DNA of 64,000 bases from Candidatus Aminicenantes bacterium (GCA_963770755.1 CAVYQZ010000006.1:12509-76508), one strand, 5' to 3'; shown: positions 22,685 to 35,226, numbered from the stretch's first letter. The notes: generated from the letters alone by a model not told the origin. Translations and numbers: made by a program.

Positions 22685-23077
22685 TTATTTGGCCTCATCG
22701 ATCATGAGCATGGTCTTCTCCTCGACCTCGCGGGCCACCCGGCGCCAGGTCCGCATCGCTGGACAGCGCCGCCAGCATCTGCCCGGGCTTGATCATGCCG
22801 ATCTTGGTCACGCCTTTTTCGGTGAACACCGAGATGCGGCAGGGCAGCGCCATGTTCAGGCGCATGTCGGCGGACATCACCTTGGCCGCCTGCTGCGGAT
22901 TGCAGATTTCAAAGATCCGGCATTCTTCCGGGAAAGCGACGCCTTTGCCGCGCAGGGTGGAACCCACGTCATGGACGTGCAGACACCCCGAAAGCCATGG
23001 CGTTTGACCGCGGTTTCCAAATCGGCTGTTGCCTGATCGAAACTTTTTTCGCTTTCTACGATGTAATACATGGGCAT
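22685..23077 (-). pseudogene. DUF302 family protein, frameshifted
   Basis: YYIVESEKSFDQA..; FEICNP..LPCRISV; indels near 22990 and 22740. Confidence 0.8.
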
Positions 23078-23180
23078 CTCCTCGGAGTCCGTACTGGCTT
23101 GCCGTGTTGCTTTGGCCGGCAGCGGCACGCTCACAGCCTTATTTTAACAAACCCGGCAAGATAAGAAAAGGCCGGGCCGT

Positions 23181-23210
23181 TTGACAAAATTCCGGCTCCG
23201 ATGGTAAAGT
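23181..23210 (+). promoter_or_regulatory. Putative sigma70 promoter of the ABC operon
   Basis: TTGACA-18 nt-TAAAGT with an extended TG. Confidence 0.5.
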
Positions 23211-23246
23211 GATTCTTTGCAATCCGCTTGAAAACAGGAAGGCGAC

Positions 23247-23973
23247 ATGATCGAACTGCGCAATGTTTGCAAGAGCTACAACAAGGGCGCCGTGCGCGCC
23301 GTCGACGACCTCACCCTGGCCGTGCCGCCCGGGGAGATCTTCGGCTTTCTCGGACCCAACGGCGCCGGCAAGACCACGACCATCAAGATGATCGTCGGCA
23401 TCCTCACTCCGGATTCGGGGACTATCGCCATCGAGGGGCTTGACAACCGCCGCGAACCTCTGGCCTGCAAGGCGATCACCGCCTACGTTCCCAGACTCTC
23501 CGGAGCTCTACGAGCGCCTGACCGGCATCGAGTACCTCAACTTCATCGCTGACGTATACGGCGTGCCGGCCGCTGCGCGCAGCGAGCGCGCCACGCGCTG
23601 GCTGGAGATCTTCGAACTGACGACGGCAGCCGCCGATCCCATCCAGACCTACTCGCACGGCATGCGCCAGAAGATCGTTCTCAGCGGCGCCCTGCTGGTC
23701 GAGCCGCGCGTCTTCGTCCTCGACGAGCCCATGACCGGCTTGGACCCGCGCTCTGCCCACCTCCTCAAGGAGGCCATGCGCGCCCACTGCGACCGTGGCG
23801 GCACCCTCTTCTTCTCGACCCACGTCATGGAGGTCGCCGAAAAGTTCTGCGACCGCATCGCCATCATCCACAAGGGACGGCTGCGCGCCTGCGCCACGCT
23901 GGATGAGCTGCGCCGCCAGGCCGGCGAATCGCAGTCCCTGGAAAATATCTTCCTGGAGATGACCGGCCAATGA
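23247..23973 (+). CDS. ABC transporter ATP-binding protein, one frameshift near 23490
   Basis: GPNGAGKT in the first frame; YSHGMRQK, LDEP and STH in the second. Confidence 0.85.
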
Positions 23974-25639
23974 GACGCCTCCTGGTCCTGCTGCGGTGCC
24001 GGTTTGCGCCAGAACTTCGCCCTGGCGCTGCTCAAGCACAAGGTTTTCAAGGAAAGGAAGGACCTTTGGCTGGTGTTGCTCGTCGGCCCTGGGTTTGTTG
24101 GGCCTGCTGCCCGTGATCGCGCTGTATTTCAAGGTTCTCGGCCTGCTTTTCTCGATCCTGCAAGTCCAGGGCCAGGAAACGGCGCTGCTGACCCTGGCCA
24201 TCCTGGCCGGCCAGTTCCTCGTCCTGATCTTCGGCCTCTTCTATGTCCTTTCGGCCTTTTACTTCGCCCGTGACCTGGAGTTCCTGGTCTCTTTGCCGGC
24301 CCGGCCCTTCGAGGTCATCGGCGCCAAGTTCGGCGTCATCATGGTCAACGAATACCTGACCGCGGCGCTCATCGTCGTCCCGGCCTTTATCGTCTACGGT
24401 GTCATGGCCGCCAAGCCACCGGCCTACTGGCCGCTGGCCGCCATCGTCTTTTTACTGCTGCCGGTCATCCCCCTGGCCCTGTCGGGCCTGCTGGTCATGG
24501 CCATGATGCGCCTGGTCAACGTCAGCCGCAAGAAGGATTTCCTGCTCCTGGCCGGCTCGCTGGTGCTGGTAACGGGGGTCCTTTTTCTGCAGCTCGGACT
24601 GGTCGGCAATCGCAGCCCCGAGGAGCTGCTGAAGTTTTTCACCGCCGCCGACGGACTGACGCGCCTGGTGGGCGAAAAGTTCCCGCCCTGCATCTGGGCC
24701 TCGCGCCTGCTGGCCTCGGGATTCAGTGCCCCGGGCCCGGGCTACCTGGTCCTGTACGTCGGCGTTTCCGTGGCCGTGCTGCTGCTCCTGCTGCTGGCCG
24801 CGGAAAAGCTCTTCTACCGCGGCCTGATCGGCCTGGCGGAAATGGCCGTCCGCCGTAAAAAACTTTCCGCCGCCGCCCTGGCCGGCAGTTTCGTCCATCG
24901 CCGCCGGGCCTGGCGCGCCATCCTGCTGCGCGAGTGGAAGCTGATGAACCGCACCCCCATTTTCCTGCTCAACGGCATCTTTTCGGTCATCCTGGTCCCG
25001 GCCATGTTTTTTTTCATGGTGCGCAGCGGCGCCGGCTCGTCCTCGATGGCCATCCTGAAACTCCTGGGCTCGGGAAAGCGCACGGTCGAGGTCCTGGTCG
25101 CCACCGTATTCTTCATCGCCTGCGGCTGTCTGAACGGAACCGCCTCGTCAACCTTTTCGCGCGAAGGTCGCAACTTCTGGATTTCCAAGGTCATCCCGGT
25201 CGCTCCCGGACGCCAGGTCATGGGCAAATTCATCCATTCCTACCTGGTGGCGGTGCTGGGGGTTGTGGGCGGTTCGCTGGTGGCCAGGCTGGCCATGGGC
25301 CTGAACTGGAGGAGCATCCTGCCGGCTGTGCTGCTGGCCCTGGCCGCCGGGGTATTGCTCACCGCAGTGAACATGGCCGTCGATCTGGCCCGGCCGCTGC
25401 TGACCTGGACCAACCCGGTGCGGGCCATCAAGCAGAACCTGAACGTGGTGCTGGCCATGGCCATCGACGCCGGCATCGTCTTCGTCTTCTACCACGTCAT
25501 GCAATTCCTGCGCCGGGCCGGATTGGATGGCCACGTGCTGGTCGCCGTTCTATTCGCCTTCACCGTCATGCTGGCGGCCGCCGCGCTCTATTTCCTGGTC
25601 CGCTTCGCTGGCAAACGCTACGCGACGATTGTGACGTAA
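23970..25639 (+). CDS. ABC-2 type permease, with 5' frameshifts
   Basis: ATGA overlap with the ATPase; many TM helices; DLEFLVSLP, FSREGRNFW. Confidence 0.8.
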
Positions 25640-25647
25640 GAAAATGG

Positions 25648-25682
25648 TTCAGGGGACAGGGTCGAGGGGCTAGGGTCCAGCG
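25648..25682 (+). repeat. NNNAGGG heptamer array
   Basis: ttcAGGG gacAGGG tcgAGGG gctAGGG tccAGCG. Confidence 0.75.
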
Positions 25683-25928
25683 TGAAGACAAGGAAAGGCT
25701 AAAAGCAGTATAAAGCAACCCAGTTCATATGGATGTCTGTCTTAAGTCAACCCAAGTATTCAAAAAAACAATTCTTGAGCTTGCTGGTTGTTTTTTACCT
25801 TCAACCTTTTCCCCTACTTTCTGTTTTCGCTTTCAAGCTTGGTAATTTTTTATGTGTTTTTTGAGTTGAAAAATTCAATTAATTGAACTTTTTACGGTGG
25901 GAATAAATCAAAGCTGGGGTGTGATGGC

Positions 25929-26878
25929 TCAAGCTCCGACGTCCGGAATGATCTCGTCAGGTGAACAGTCTTGCTTGGCCATGTTGCTAGTAAGTATCCC
26001 AGCCAGCATGATCGTGCCTCCGACGAAGAAATAAAAGGTGATGCCGATGCCGAAAAACAGGTAGGTGAATATCGCCGTCAGCGGCGGGTTAAGATAAACA
26101 AATAATGATACGTTGGAGGCGTGCCAGTGCTTGACCGCAATGTTCCACAGGCTGTAAGCCAGGATGGTGCAGGCCAGGGAAAGGAAGGCGGCGGCGCCGT
26201 ATTCCAGCATGCCCAGGGAAAGGACCTTGGCGATGAAGGGCCGGTCGATGAAAAAAAAGAGCGGCAGGCCGCCGATGGCCAGGCTGACGAAATTGAAGAC
26301 CAGCGGCGAATGGTTTTTCAGCGCCGGCTTGATGATGACGGTGGCCGCGGCCCAGCTCAGCGGGCCGCCCAGGACCAGCAGGGCGTAGGGGACCTTGTCC
26401 AGGGCGATCCAGGTCCCGCCGGCGGCGCCGACCCGGCCCAGCAGCACCACCAGGGCCAGGCCGATGAAGGTGACGACGGTGCCGAACAGGCGCCGGCGCG
26501 TGAAGGGTTCGTCGCAGGAAGCGCACGGCCAGCAGCAGGGTGAGCAGGGGGTTCAATGCGATCAGCAGCGAGGCGGCGTTGGGCTGCACGTACTTCATCC
26601 CCGAGTTCAGGAACATGTTGTAGCTGATCACCATCAGCAAACCGCCCAGGGTGATGCGCACGGGATGGGCCTTGACGATCTGCCCGGCCTCGGCCCGGTA
26701 GAACAGCATGACGACGGCTCGTGCTGATCAGGGCCACCGGGATGAAGCGCAGCCTGAGCAGGTCGAAGGCGGTCAGCCTGGCCAGCAGCACCTTGATGGC
26801 GATGAAGGAATTGGACCAGATCAGGAAGGTCAGGATCAATAGAAGGAATATTCCCAGGTCACGTTTTTTATCAGACAA
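25929..26878 (-). pseudogene. EamA/DMT transporter, frameshifted into three frames
   Basis: IWSNSFIAIK..RF; ASLLIALNP; LAYSLWN..YLNP in successive frames. Confidence 0.8.
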
Positions 26879-27095
26879 AGGTCCTCCGAGTTTCTTCAGT
26901 TCAGGGCTTTGCGCAAGCAGGGATTGTAAGGCGGTTCATTGAACTTGTCAAACAAATGAAGTAAGTGTTAGTGATAGTGTTAGTGTTAGCAAGAGACCCC
27001 AAATAAATTCAGGAAAAGTTAATCAAACCCCAACACCTGGAATAATCTTATATTTTCAATGTCGAACTTCGAACGTTTCTTTCTCGTCACGCGTC

Positions 27096-27148
27096 CCCTG
27101 CAGGGACAAACAAATCAAATCCGCAAAGATATGCGGATGATTTGTGTT
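27096..27148 (-). repeat. 53-bp structured mini-element, copy 2
   Basis: Reverse complement aacacaaatcatcc-N12-ggatttgatttgttt-gtccctgcaggg, flanked by GAC/GAC. Confidence 0.85.
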
Positions 27149-27156
27149 GTCACGCG

Positions 27157-28947
<1,791 letters not shown>

Positions 28948-29115
28948 GGGAAATTCCTCTTTTTTTATTCATTATAATTCAAATAAAAATTTGCTGCTTG
29001 GGTGGATATTTGCAAATAAAATTTATCAAATGGCGGCTGTCGGGGACCAGGCCCATACCTGGAATTATTTAAAACGGGAGTGGGGCAATTGGGGACGGTG
29101 CTTGACTTTGTGACT

Positions 29116-30024
29116 TTAGCATTTTTTGGCGATAAGCCGTTTCCGGGCGTCCTTGTACAACTTTGCCAATGAGTGCAATTTTATATCACGGAATTCGGGC
29201 AATTGGGCAATTTCTCTGTAAGTAAGTCCTGATAATTCCTTTAGTCTGACCAGCAGTTTGCTACGCAATTGTTTCCCGGCCAACGTCCCGTAATCCAACT
29301 GGGCGAACTTAATTTTGTTTTCTTTTTCCAATTCCCAATATACTTTCTCTACTGGCTCGAACCAGCTGTCTTCCTTGCGCCGTCTTTCCAGGGATCTCTC
29401 ATCGATGCGTTTGTCGCGTTTCTCCAGGGCTTTTTCCAAAAACTCATATTCCCCCAGCAGATCGCCAAAGTCACTTTTTTTTATCGGCAGCTTGTCTGTT
29501 TGTGTGCCCAAGATCTCTTTTATCATGAATTTTTTTCCACCCCATAATTCATGGACAAACAAATTATCCGTGATAGCCTGCCTGGTTTTCCCCAAGTACT
29601 CCCCTGCACTTGACCATGGGTATTCAATGCAATTGGCCACCAGTCCCGCGCGCACCGGGTTTTGCAGCAGATAAAGAATCGCCAACCGTAAATACGCATC
29701 ATCCTGGATCAAGGTCGACTTATAGCGATTCTGGAAAACGTACCCCTTGCCGCCATGTTTGTGGCGGTAGTAGATGCCGTAGGAGCCGTTGACAATCTTT
29801 AGCAACGCACTCATGCGGCCCGAATTGTTCTCCAGCAGCACATGATAATGGTTGCTCATCATGCAATAACCGATGAGGCGCACCCCCAGTAATTTGACCT
29901 TATCAGAAAGAATTTCCAAAAAGACCTTCTTGTCCTCATCGTCAGGAAAAATGAATTCTCCCCTTAAGCCACGGTTCATCACATGATGGAAAGCGCCTGG
30001 ATAGGTAAGTCTTGCCCGCCGCAT
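29116..30024 (-). CDS. HUH Y1 transposase (RAYT-like) with C-terminal HTH
   Basis: HVMNRG, MSNHYHVL (HUH), YLLQNPVRAG, YPWSS, LTYREIA. Confidence 0.9.
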   Translation of the reverse strand: MRRARLTYPGAFHHVMNRGLRGEFIFPDDEDKKVFLEILSDKVKLLGVRLIGYCMMSNHYHVLLENNSGRMSALLKIVNGSYGIYYRHKHGGKGYVFQNRYKSTLIQDDAYLRLAILYLLQNPVRAGLVANCIEYPWSSAGEYLGKTRQAITDNLFVHELWGGKKFMIKEILGTQTDKLPIKKSDFGDLLGEYEFLEKALEKRDKRIDERSLERRRKEDSWFEPVEKVYWELEKENKIKFAQLDYGTLAGKQLRSKLLVRLKELSGLTYREIAQLPEFRDIKLHSLAKLYKDARKRLIAKKC

Positions 30025-30030
30025 AAATAT

Positions 30031-30059
30031 AGTTTACACTAATGAAGTCACAATGTCAA
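30031..30059 (-). promoter_or_regulatory. Leaderless promoter of transposase 1, -35 box inside the inverted repeat
   Basis: TTGACA-17 nt-TAAACT-6 nt-ATG; no RBS. Confidence 0.6.
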
Positions 30060-30261
30060 GCACCGTCCCCAATCCTCCCCCAATCCTCCCCTGGTTTTCG
30101 CCCAGTGCAGCGGCCCTAAGGATTATTCAATGTTGAGGCAGTTCTCCTTGAAGCTCTGGATGACACTCGCATCCAGCCAATAAATATGATTGTTCCGGGT
30201 AAAAAAAGAAATTTTCCATCCGGAGAAAAGGAACAATCCGTCCCTAAGCTTTCCTTGGAGG

Positions 30262-31287
30262 TTATAGGCGCGGGCCATAGACGAAGGCGCCGGCTGTGAA
30301 AATGATGTCCTTGCCCGTCAGGTCGAGGTAGAATCCCTCCTGGTCGAATCCCTCGAATATGCCGTCGCTGCCGGGGCTGGCGATCAGGAACCGGGCGCTA
30401 TCCGCATCGATTTGGCAGATAAAAGCATTGCCCCAGGCGTCTTTTTCCGTAAGCTCCTGCAGGAAACCGGGGAAAAGATCCTTGACGGCCCGTGGATATT
30501 TCATGCGCTCCAGGTAGTGCCGCTCGGCGGCGGCGCCGATTTGTTGCATCATCTCCATGGTCTTCCTGTATCCGCTCAATACATCCGGGTCAAACGCGGC
30601 TGGAGCCAATTCTTTCAAAGCGGACCTGGCCCGGTTGGCCGTCTCGGCATCGGGGCTCGCTTCCGCAACCTTCTGAAGCAGGGCTTTTCCCTCCGCCAGG
30701 AAGCCCAGATTGACCAAGGCCCTGGCCTTATCCAGGAGGCGGGGATAGGAGCCCGGTTCCAGTGCCAGGGATTTTTCCGAATAATAAAGGGCCAAGTCCC
30801 ACTCCTTGTCAGCGGCTGCAAAACCGCCAAGTTTGTCCAAGGCCTCTTTCTTCTTGTCTTTTTCGGCCTCATACTTGTGGAGATAGGTCATCAGGGCGTC
30901 CTTGGCTCCGAGCGTATTTCCGCACATCAGATTGTAGGTGTAGATGTCCCAATGGGCCATCCGGGCTGACTTGGTGTCGGGCGCTTTGAAAAGAATGTCC
31001 GTGTTCAGTTGTAGTATTTGGCTATAGTCCGTGGAGTCGGGGCCCCCTGTTTCCAAGAGCTTCTTGATCGTCTCGATTCGAAGCGCGGCGAGTTCCCGTT
31101 GCTCTGCGAGCGGGGCATCCGTCCGCGCAAAGAATGGATTTTCAGACATCTGCTTGAGCGAATCAATGGTAGCGGCGATTTTATGCTCCGCAGTATTAAG
31201 TATCTTCTCGACAGTATAGGTTTGCCGGGAGGGGGAACCGCAGGCCATCACGCCAAGCGTTAACAGGGAAATCACGATTCTGCCCAT
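30262..31287 (-). CDS. TPR lipoprotein with C-terminal GspG/pseudopilin-like domain
   Basis: Lipobox VMAC; TPR helices; YPRAVKDL..KDAWGNAF..IASPGSDG. Confidence 0.65.
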   Translation of the reverse strand: MGRIVISLLTLGVMACGSPSRQTYTVEKILNTAEHKIAATIDSLKQMSENPFFARTDAPLAEQRELAALRIETIKKLLETGGPDSTDYSQILQLNTDILFKAPDTKSARMAHWDIYTYNLMCGNTLGAKDALMTYLHKYEAEKDKKKEALDKLGGFAAADKEWDLALYYSEKSLALEPGSYPRLLDKARALVNLGFLAEGKALLQKVAEASPDAETANRARSALKELAPAAFDPDVLSGYRKTMEMMQQIGAAAERHYLERMKYPRAVKDLFPGFLQELTEKDAWGNAFICQIDADSARFLIASPGSDGIFEGFDQEGFYLDLTGKDIIFTAGAFVYGPRL

Positions 31288-31350
31288 CTTGTCCTCCTTA
31301 CAAATTTCACCTCGGCCTTGGGGCCGGGTCTTTTCATTTGCACGGGCATC

Positions 31351-31373
31351 GGGGTCAGATCTCAATTATAAAG
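31351..31373 (+). repeat. Orphan copy of the element 2 end
   Basis: ggggtcagatctcaattataaag versus ggggtcaggtctcatttgtaaag at 33491. Confidence 0.75.
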
Positions 31374-31418
31374 TTATCATGATTGGATTACGCCTGGACA
31401 TTGGTGTCTGGGCTTTCA

Positions 31419-32144
31419 CTATTTAAGTTGAAATACAATATGTCCATTGACAATCCCATCCGCAGTGCCTCTGCCCGGAGTAATTGTATAAACTCCCGGG
31501 GGCAGAGTTTGTCCTTCGAGAGTTTTTCCCAAACTCACCCCGGCACTGTTAAATACTTTTGGTCCCGGATTGAAGTGGTTATGAGGGGATAAATATCTTA
31601 AAAATGCCCGGTGTGGTTGGCTGGCAGCAAAGATTCCCATACCATCAGTTCCGGTATAAGCTGCACTTATTATTGTTGTGGGTGAACAAATAACAATCAC
31701 ATTGCCATCCCATCGGGGTTTTACCACGGCAGTTTGCATTCCCCACAAGATGACATTTTCCGGTTTAAATACTGTATTTAAAAAGATAGTCACTGATCCG
31801 CCAAGGGTTCTCAGGACATATTTTCCAGGAGGCAGTATTCCCTTTAAGCCATTTTTCTCAGTGAACGTTAAACGGCTAACAGTAAAGTATAGACTGTTAT
31901 TTTTCCATATGGAAAAACTTTCAAGTTTTTGTGTATATGAAACCCGCATTATTTTTGCTGGGGCGGTTAATGTCACTACGTTTCCTGTTGTTGGGGTCCG
32001 GAATAACTGGAATTCAGTCGCCTGACTCATGGAAAAGCCAACACCAATTATAAATAGAAACAGGAGATATTTTGTTATTGAACCGGCCCTATTTCCTTTT
32101 GATGTTTTGTTGGATTGATTTGAAAACATTTTTTTCATGTACAT
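31419..32144 (-). CDS. Low-GC hypothetical exported protein
   Basis: GGAGG RBS; hydrophobic signal; repeated LPPGxY motif. Confidence 0.65.
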   Translation of the reverse strand: MYMKKMFSNQSNKTSKGNRAGSITKYLLFLFIIGVGFSMSQATEFQLFRTPTTGNVVTLTAPAKIMRVSYTQKLESFSIWKNNSLYFTVSRLTFTEKNGLKGILPPGKYVLRTLGGSVTIFLNTVFKPENVILWGMQTAVVKPRWDGNVIVICSPTTIISAAYTGTDGMGIFAASQPHRAFLRYLSPHNHFNPGPKVFNSAGVSLGKTLEGQTLPPGVYTITPGRGTADGIVNGHIVFQLK

Positions 32145-32239
32145 CCTCCTTTTTTTAACCTGCTATAATAGTACCGGTAATTATTTTTTAATACAACTCG
32201 TATTAAAAGAGTCTTAATTATTATTTCAGGAGGCAGCCC

Positions 32240-33466
32240 ATGAAAACAACGATGGTCATCCCATCCTACTGGGGACGTGAACATGCTCTTGAGACAAGAG
32301 AGACCGATGCCGTCTACGACCACCCCACTCCGCTTAACGAGGAAGGGACACTCAAAAGAGCTCTCGAAAGCCTCCGTATCCTCGATGACAAGGATTTTAG
32401 CCTGGTGGTTATTGCCGTTGCCAACGCCGAAGATATTGCAGAAAGGGTGGAAGACAAGGTCTCCGGCATCATTTCCTCCGTTGCTGCTGATGTCCCGACG
32501 GTTCTCTTCAGCCATTCAAACCTGAGGCGAGTTCACAAGGTCTTGAAAAAGGCTGATGGTGAGCAATTTTGCGAGCTCCTAAACCTCCGGGGATATTCCA
32601 ATGTTCGTAATCTATGTCTGTTTCTGCCCCATGTGCTCGGCTCGGATATTGCCGTTCTTATCGACGACGATGAGGTTTTCGAGAATCCCGCCTTCATAAG
32701 CAAGGCACGCGAGTTCATCGGGCGAAGGCTCGGCGATGAGTTTATCGGTGCCGTGGCCGGATACTATCTGCAGCCCGATGGCGGCTGGCTTGTCAAGCGG
32801 AATAAAAGCAAGTGGATGGAGTATTGGGACAAGCTCGACAGAATGAACGAGGCCTTTGAACAGATAATCGGCAGCGGCCCGCGACTCAAGGAAACTCCCT
32901 TTGTTTTCGGTGGCAATATGATCGTACACAGAAAGATTTTTACCCGCATTCCATTCGACCCGAACGTGACGCGAGGAGAAGATATTGATTTCCTAATAAA
33001 TATGAGGATGTTCGGGCATAAGTTCTTCCTCGACAACACCCTTTCCATCAAACACCTGCCCCCGCCCAAGTCTAATCCGACCTGGAAACAGCTTCGGGAG
33101 GACATATACCGATTCGTTTTCGAGAGGGCCAAGCTCCGTGATCAGGATGCTACTGTGGAGGGTATGGTTGCTGTATCCGCCGCAGAACTGTCTCCTTACC
33201 CCGGGGCATTTCTGAAGGACGACCTCGAGGATAAAATTGCGAATGCCTGCACGATCCTGGCAGACGATTACCGTGCCCAGGGCAAGGAGGCTGACAGGGC
33301 GGAAACGTTGAAGAATATCGAACTGGCGACCGGGGATGCTCTTCCCGTGGAGAACGCCTTTCACCAGCTTCTCAATATCCAGAAGCTGTGGGAGAAGATG
33401 ATGGAGTTTGCTTCGCGAGAGGAAATAAAAAGACGCCTAACGCAGGAAGTTACACGTATTAAATAG
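32240..33466 (+). CDS. GT-A fold glycosyltransferase-like protein
   Basis: RGYSNVRN, IDDDE (DxD), FGGN, RGEDID, IKH. Confidence 0.65.
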   Translation: MKTTMVIPSYWGREHALETRETDAVYDHPTPLNEEGTLKRALESLRILDDKDFSLVVIAVANAEDIAERVEDKVSGIISSVAADVPTVLFSHSNLRRVHKVLKKADGEQFCELLNLRGYSNVRNLCLFLPHVLGSDIAVLIDDDEVFENPAFISKAREFIGRRLGDEFIGAVAGYYLQPDGGWLVKRNKSKWMEYWDKLDRMNEAFEQIIGSGPRLKETPFVFGGNMIVHRKIFTRIPFDPNVTRGEDIDFLINMRMFGHKFFLDNTLSIKHLPPPKSNPTWKQLREDIYRFVFERAKLRDQDATVEGMVAVSAAELSPYPGAFLKDDLEDKIANACTILADDYRAQGKEADRAETLKNIELATGDALPVENAFHQLLNIQKLWEKMMEFASREEIKRRLTQEVTRIK

Positions 33467-33490
33467 CAAGGATGACTCAAGGGGAGGCGT

Positions 33491-34571
33491 GGGGTCAGGT
33501 CTCATTTGTAAAGATTGCTATTAATTTTTAATCGGTATATAGTTTAAAAATGGCAAGACCATTGCGGATCGAATACGAAGGCGCATTCTACCATGTGTTG
33601 GCACGCGGGGAAAGGCGGGAAGATATTTTCACCCAGGATGGGGATAAAGAGAAATTTCTAGTCAAGCTGGCCGAAACCGCTGAAAAGTTTCGGCTGCTCA
33701 TTCATGCCTATGTGCTCATGGATAACCATTATCACCTGCTGGTGGAAACACCGCAGGCCAATCTCAGTAGGGCCATGCACCATCTGAACGCCAGTTATTC
33801 AAATTGGTTTTGTCGTAAATACCGGATCGTCGGTTCTGTTTTTCAAGGGCGCTTTAAGGCGATTTTGGTTGAAAAGGATGAATACTTGAAAATGCTGAGC
33901 GCGTATATCCATCTGAATCCGGTGCGTGCGAAAATCGTTTCCCAGCCGACCATGTATCGTTTCAGCAGCATGCCTTTCTATGCCGGGAAAGGCAAGCCTC
34001 CCAAGTTTTTACATACGCATGATTTGCTGGCGCTTTTCTCCGGCAAAACCCAGTACCTGGCTTTCGTGCTGGGCTATGAAAACGGGGGCGCCGAGATAGA
34101 AAAAGAGGAAATATATGGATGCAATTCGCTTTTGGGAAGCACGGGGTTTTTACGGGAAGCCTATGCAAAGTTAAAGGCATCCGGCAAAAAAATGGACAAG
34201 CGGGAACAGGCGGATATTCGCGATGCGAGACGAGTGTCGGCGGATGACATATTCGAAGTTTTAATTGTCGATATGAAAATTCATGAGGATGATTTATGGA
34301 GCCGGCGGCGAGGGAACGTATATCGCAAACTGTTGGTTTATGCCCTGCGTCGTTACACGGCCTTGACCTTAAAAGAGATTGGCGCCATTATGAAGATGGA
34401 TTACGCAGCGGTTTCGGAGTTGGCGCGAAGCTTTGAAAGGGCTCTGGAGACCGAGCGAAAATATCAGCGCTTGGCAAAAATCCTTGAGAAAGAAATAGTC
34501 GATCGTCAATTGCTGGCTGATGCGTGAGCTTCAAATCAATAACGATATTTTTAAAATTGAGACCTGACCCC
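33491..34571 (+). mobile_element. Y1 transposase element 2 with inverted repeats
   Basis: ggggtcaggtctca at 33491 and its perfect reverse complement tgagacctgacccc at 34558-34571. Confidence 0.85.
33550..34527 (+). CDS. HUH Y1 transposase (RAYT-like) with C-terminal DnaA-like HTH
   Basis: MARPLRIEYEGAFYHVLARG, MDNHYHLL, YIHLNPVRA, LTLKEIG..DYAAVS. Confidence 0.92.
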   Translation: MARPLRIEYEGAFYHVLARGERREDIFTQDGDKEKFLVKLAETAEKFRLLIHAYVLMDNHYHLLVETPQANLSRAMHHLNASYSNWFCRKYRIVGSVFQGRFKAILVEKDEYLKMLSAYIHLNPVRAKIVSQPTMYRFSSMPFYAGKGKPPKFLHTHDLLALFSGKTQYLAFVLGYENGGAEIEKEEIYGCNSLLGSTGFLREAYAKLKASGKKMDKREQADIRDARRVSADDIFEVLIVDMKIHEDDLWSRRRGNVYRKLLVYALRRYTALTLKEIGAIMKMDYAAVSELARSFERALETERKYQRLAKILEKEIVDRQLLADA

Positions 34572-34622
34572 AATTCTGCGACACTCTCAAACTTGATGGG
34601 GAATTCTGGACAATGCGATCTG

Positions 34623-34651
34623 TTGACATTTCATCAAATTCTTCTTAAAAT
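34623..34651 (+). promoter_or_regulatory. Putative sigma70 promoter
   Basis: TTGACA-17 nt-TAAAAT. Confidence 0.55.
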
Positions 34652-34715
34652 CCATCATGGAGAAAATTGATTTTCCTATCAATTTTCAATTATTTTATTT
34701 AAAGTAGGGGGAACA

Positions 34716-35039
34716 ATGAAAAATAAAAAATTTTTACTCATCATGCCGATTTTCATCTGTCTGCTTTTGGTTTCTAACTGCAAAAACCAAGAGGAAGATC
34801 CTTGCTCGCGAGTCAGTGTCAATTCCAGTGGCAATGTGAGTGTGTCTGATTGCGGGAGCGGTGGTGTCATGTATTCCAATATTACTTATAATTCTTTTGG
34901 CCATCGTACTGGCTATGATTTCACCGTCACCTGCTCGACCGGGGGAACCTTTTCTGGCCATGTTACGCTGACTTACGATTTTGGTCGGAGTAACATCGTA
35001 TCTAAAAGTTTGACGGTCAACGGTATTAAATGCTTCTAA
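34716..35039 (+). CDS. Small low-GC lipoprotein, hypothetical
   Basis: K-rich N-terminus, hydrophobic core, VSNC lipobox-like; beta-rich with several Cys. Confidence 0.7.
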   Translation: MKNKKFLLIMPIFICLLLVSNCKNQEEDPCSRVSVNSSGNVSVSDCGSGGVMYSNITYNSFGHRTGYDFTVTCSTGGTFSGHVTLTYDFGRSNIVSKSLTVNGIKCF

Positions 35040-35196
35040 GTGAAATCTTCTAGGTAAAAAGCGCTAAAATTCGGGGCGGGCAGATTGTTTTTACCGTCCT
35101 GCCCTTTAAATCCTTGGATCCCAATACTGAGATCGCCCTGACCTTCACCCAAACACTCAGTGGAACTTTTTGGCCGCTGCTGTGGGACGGTAAATA

Positions 35197-35226
35197 GGGA
35201 CAGTGCTTGACTTTGAGACTTTAGCA
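35197..35226 (+). repeat. Orphan copy of the element 1 end
   Basis: gggacagtgcttgactttgagactttagca, 28/30 identical to 29092-29121. Confidence 0.85.

Larger units (their letters stand above)
29088..30073 (-). mobile_element. Y1 transposase element 1 with 31-bp inverted repeats
   Basis: attggggacggtgcttgactttgtgacttta (29088-29118) versus the reverse complement of 30043-30073, attggggacggtgcttgacattgtgacttca. Confidence 0.85.

Noticed and set aside
23480-23500. Programmed frameshift in the ABC ATPase
   Set aside because: There is no slippery sequence, and neighbouring genes show similar indels.
29116-34527. IS200/IS605 elements with TnpB or IscB
   Set aside because: There is no RuvC nuclease gene; the transposases are the long HTH-bearing type with inverted-repeat ends.
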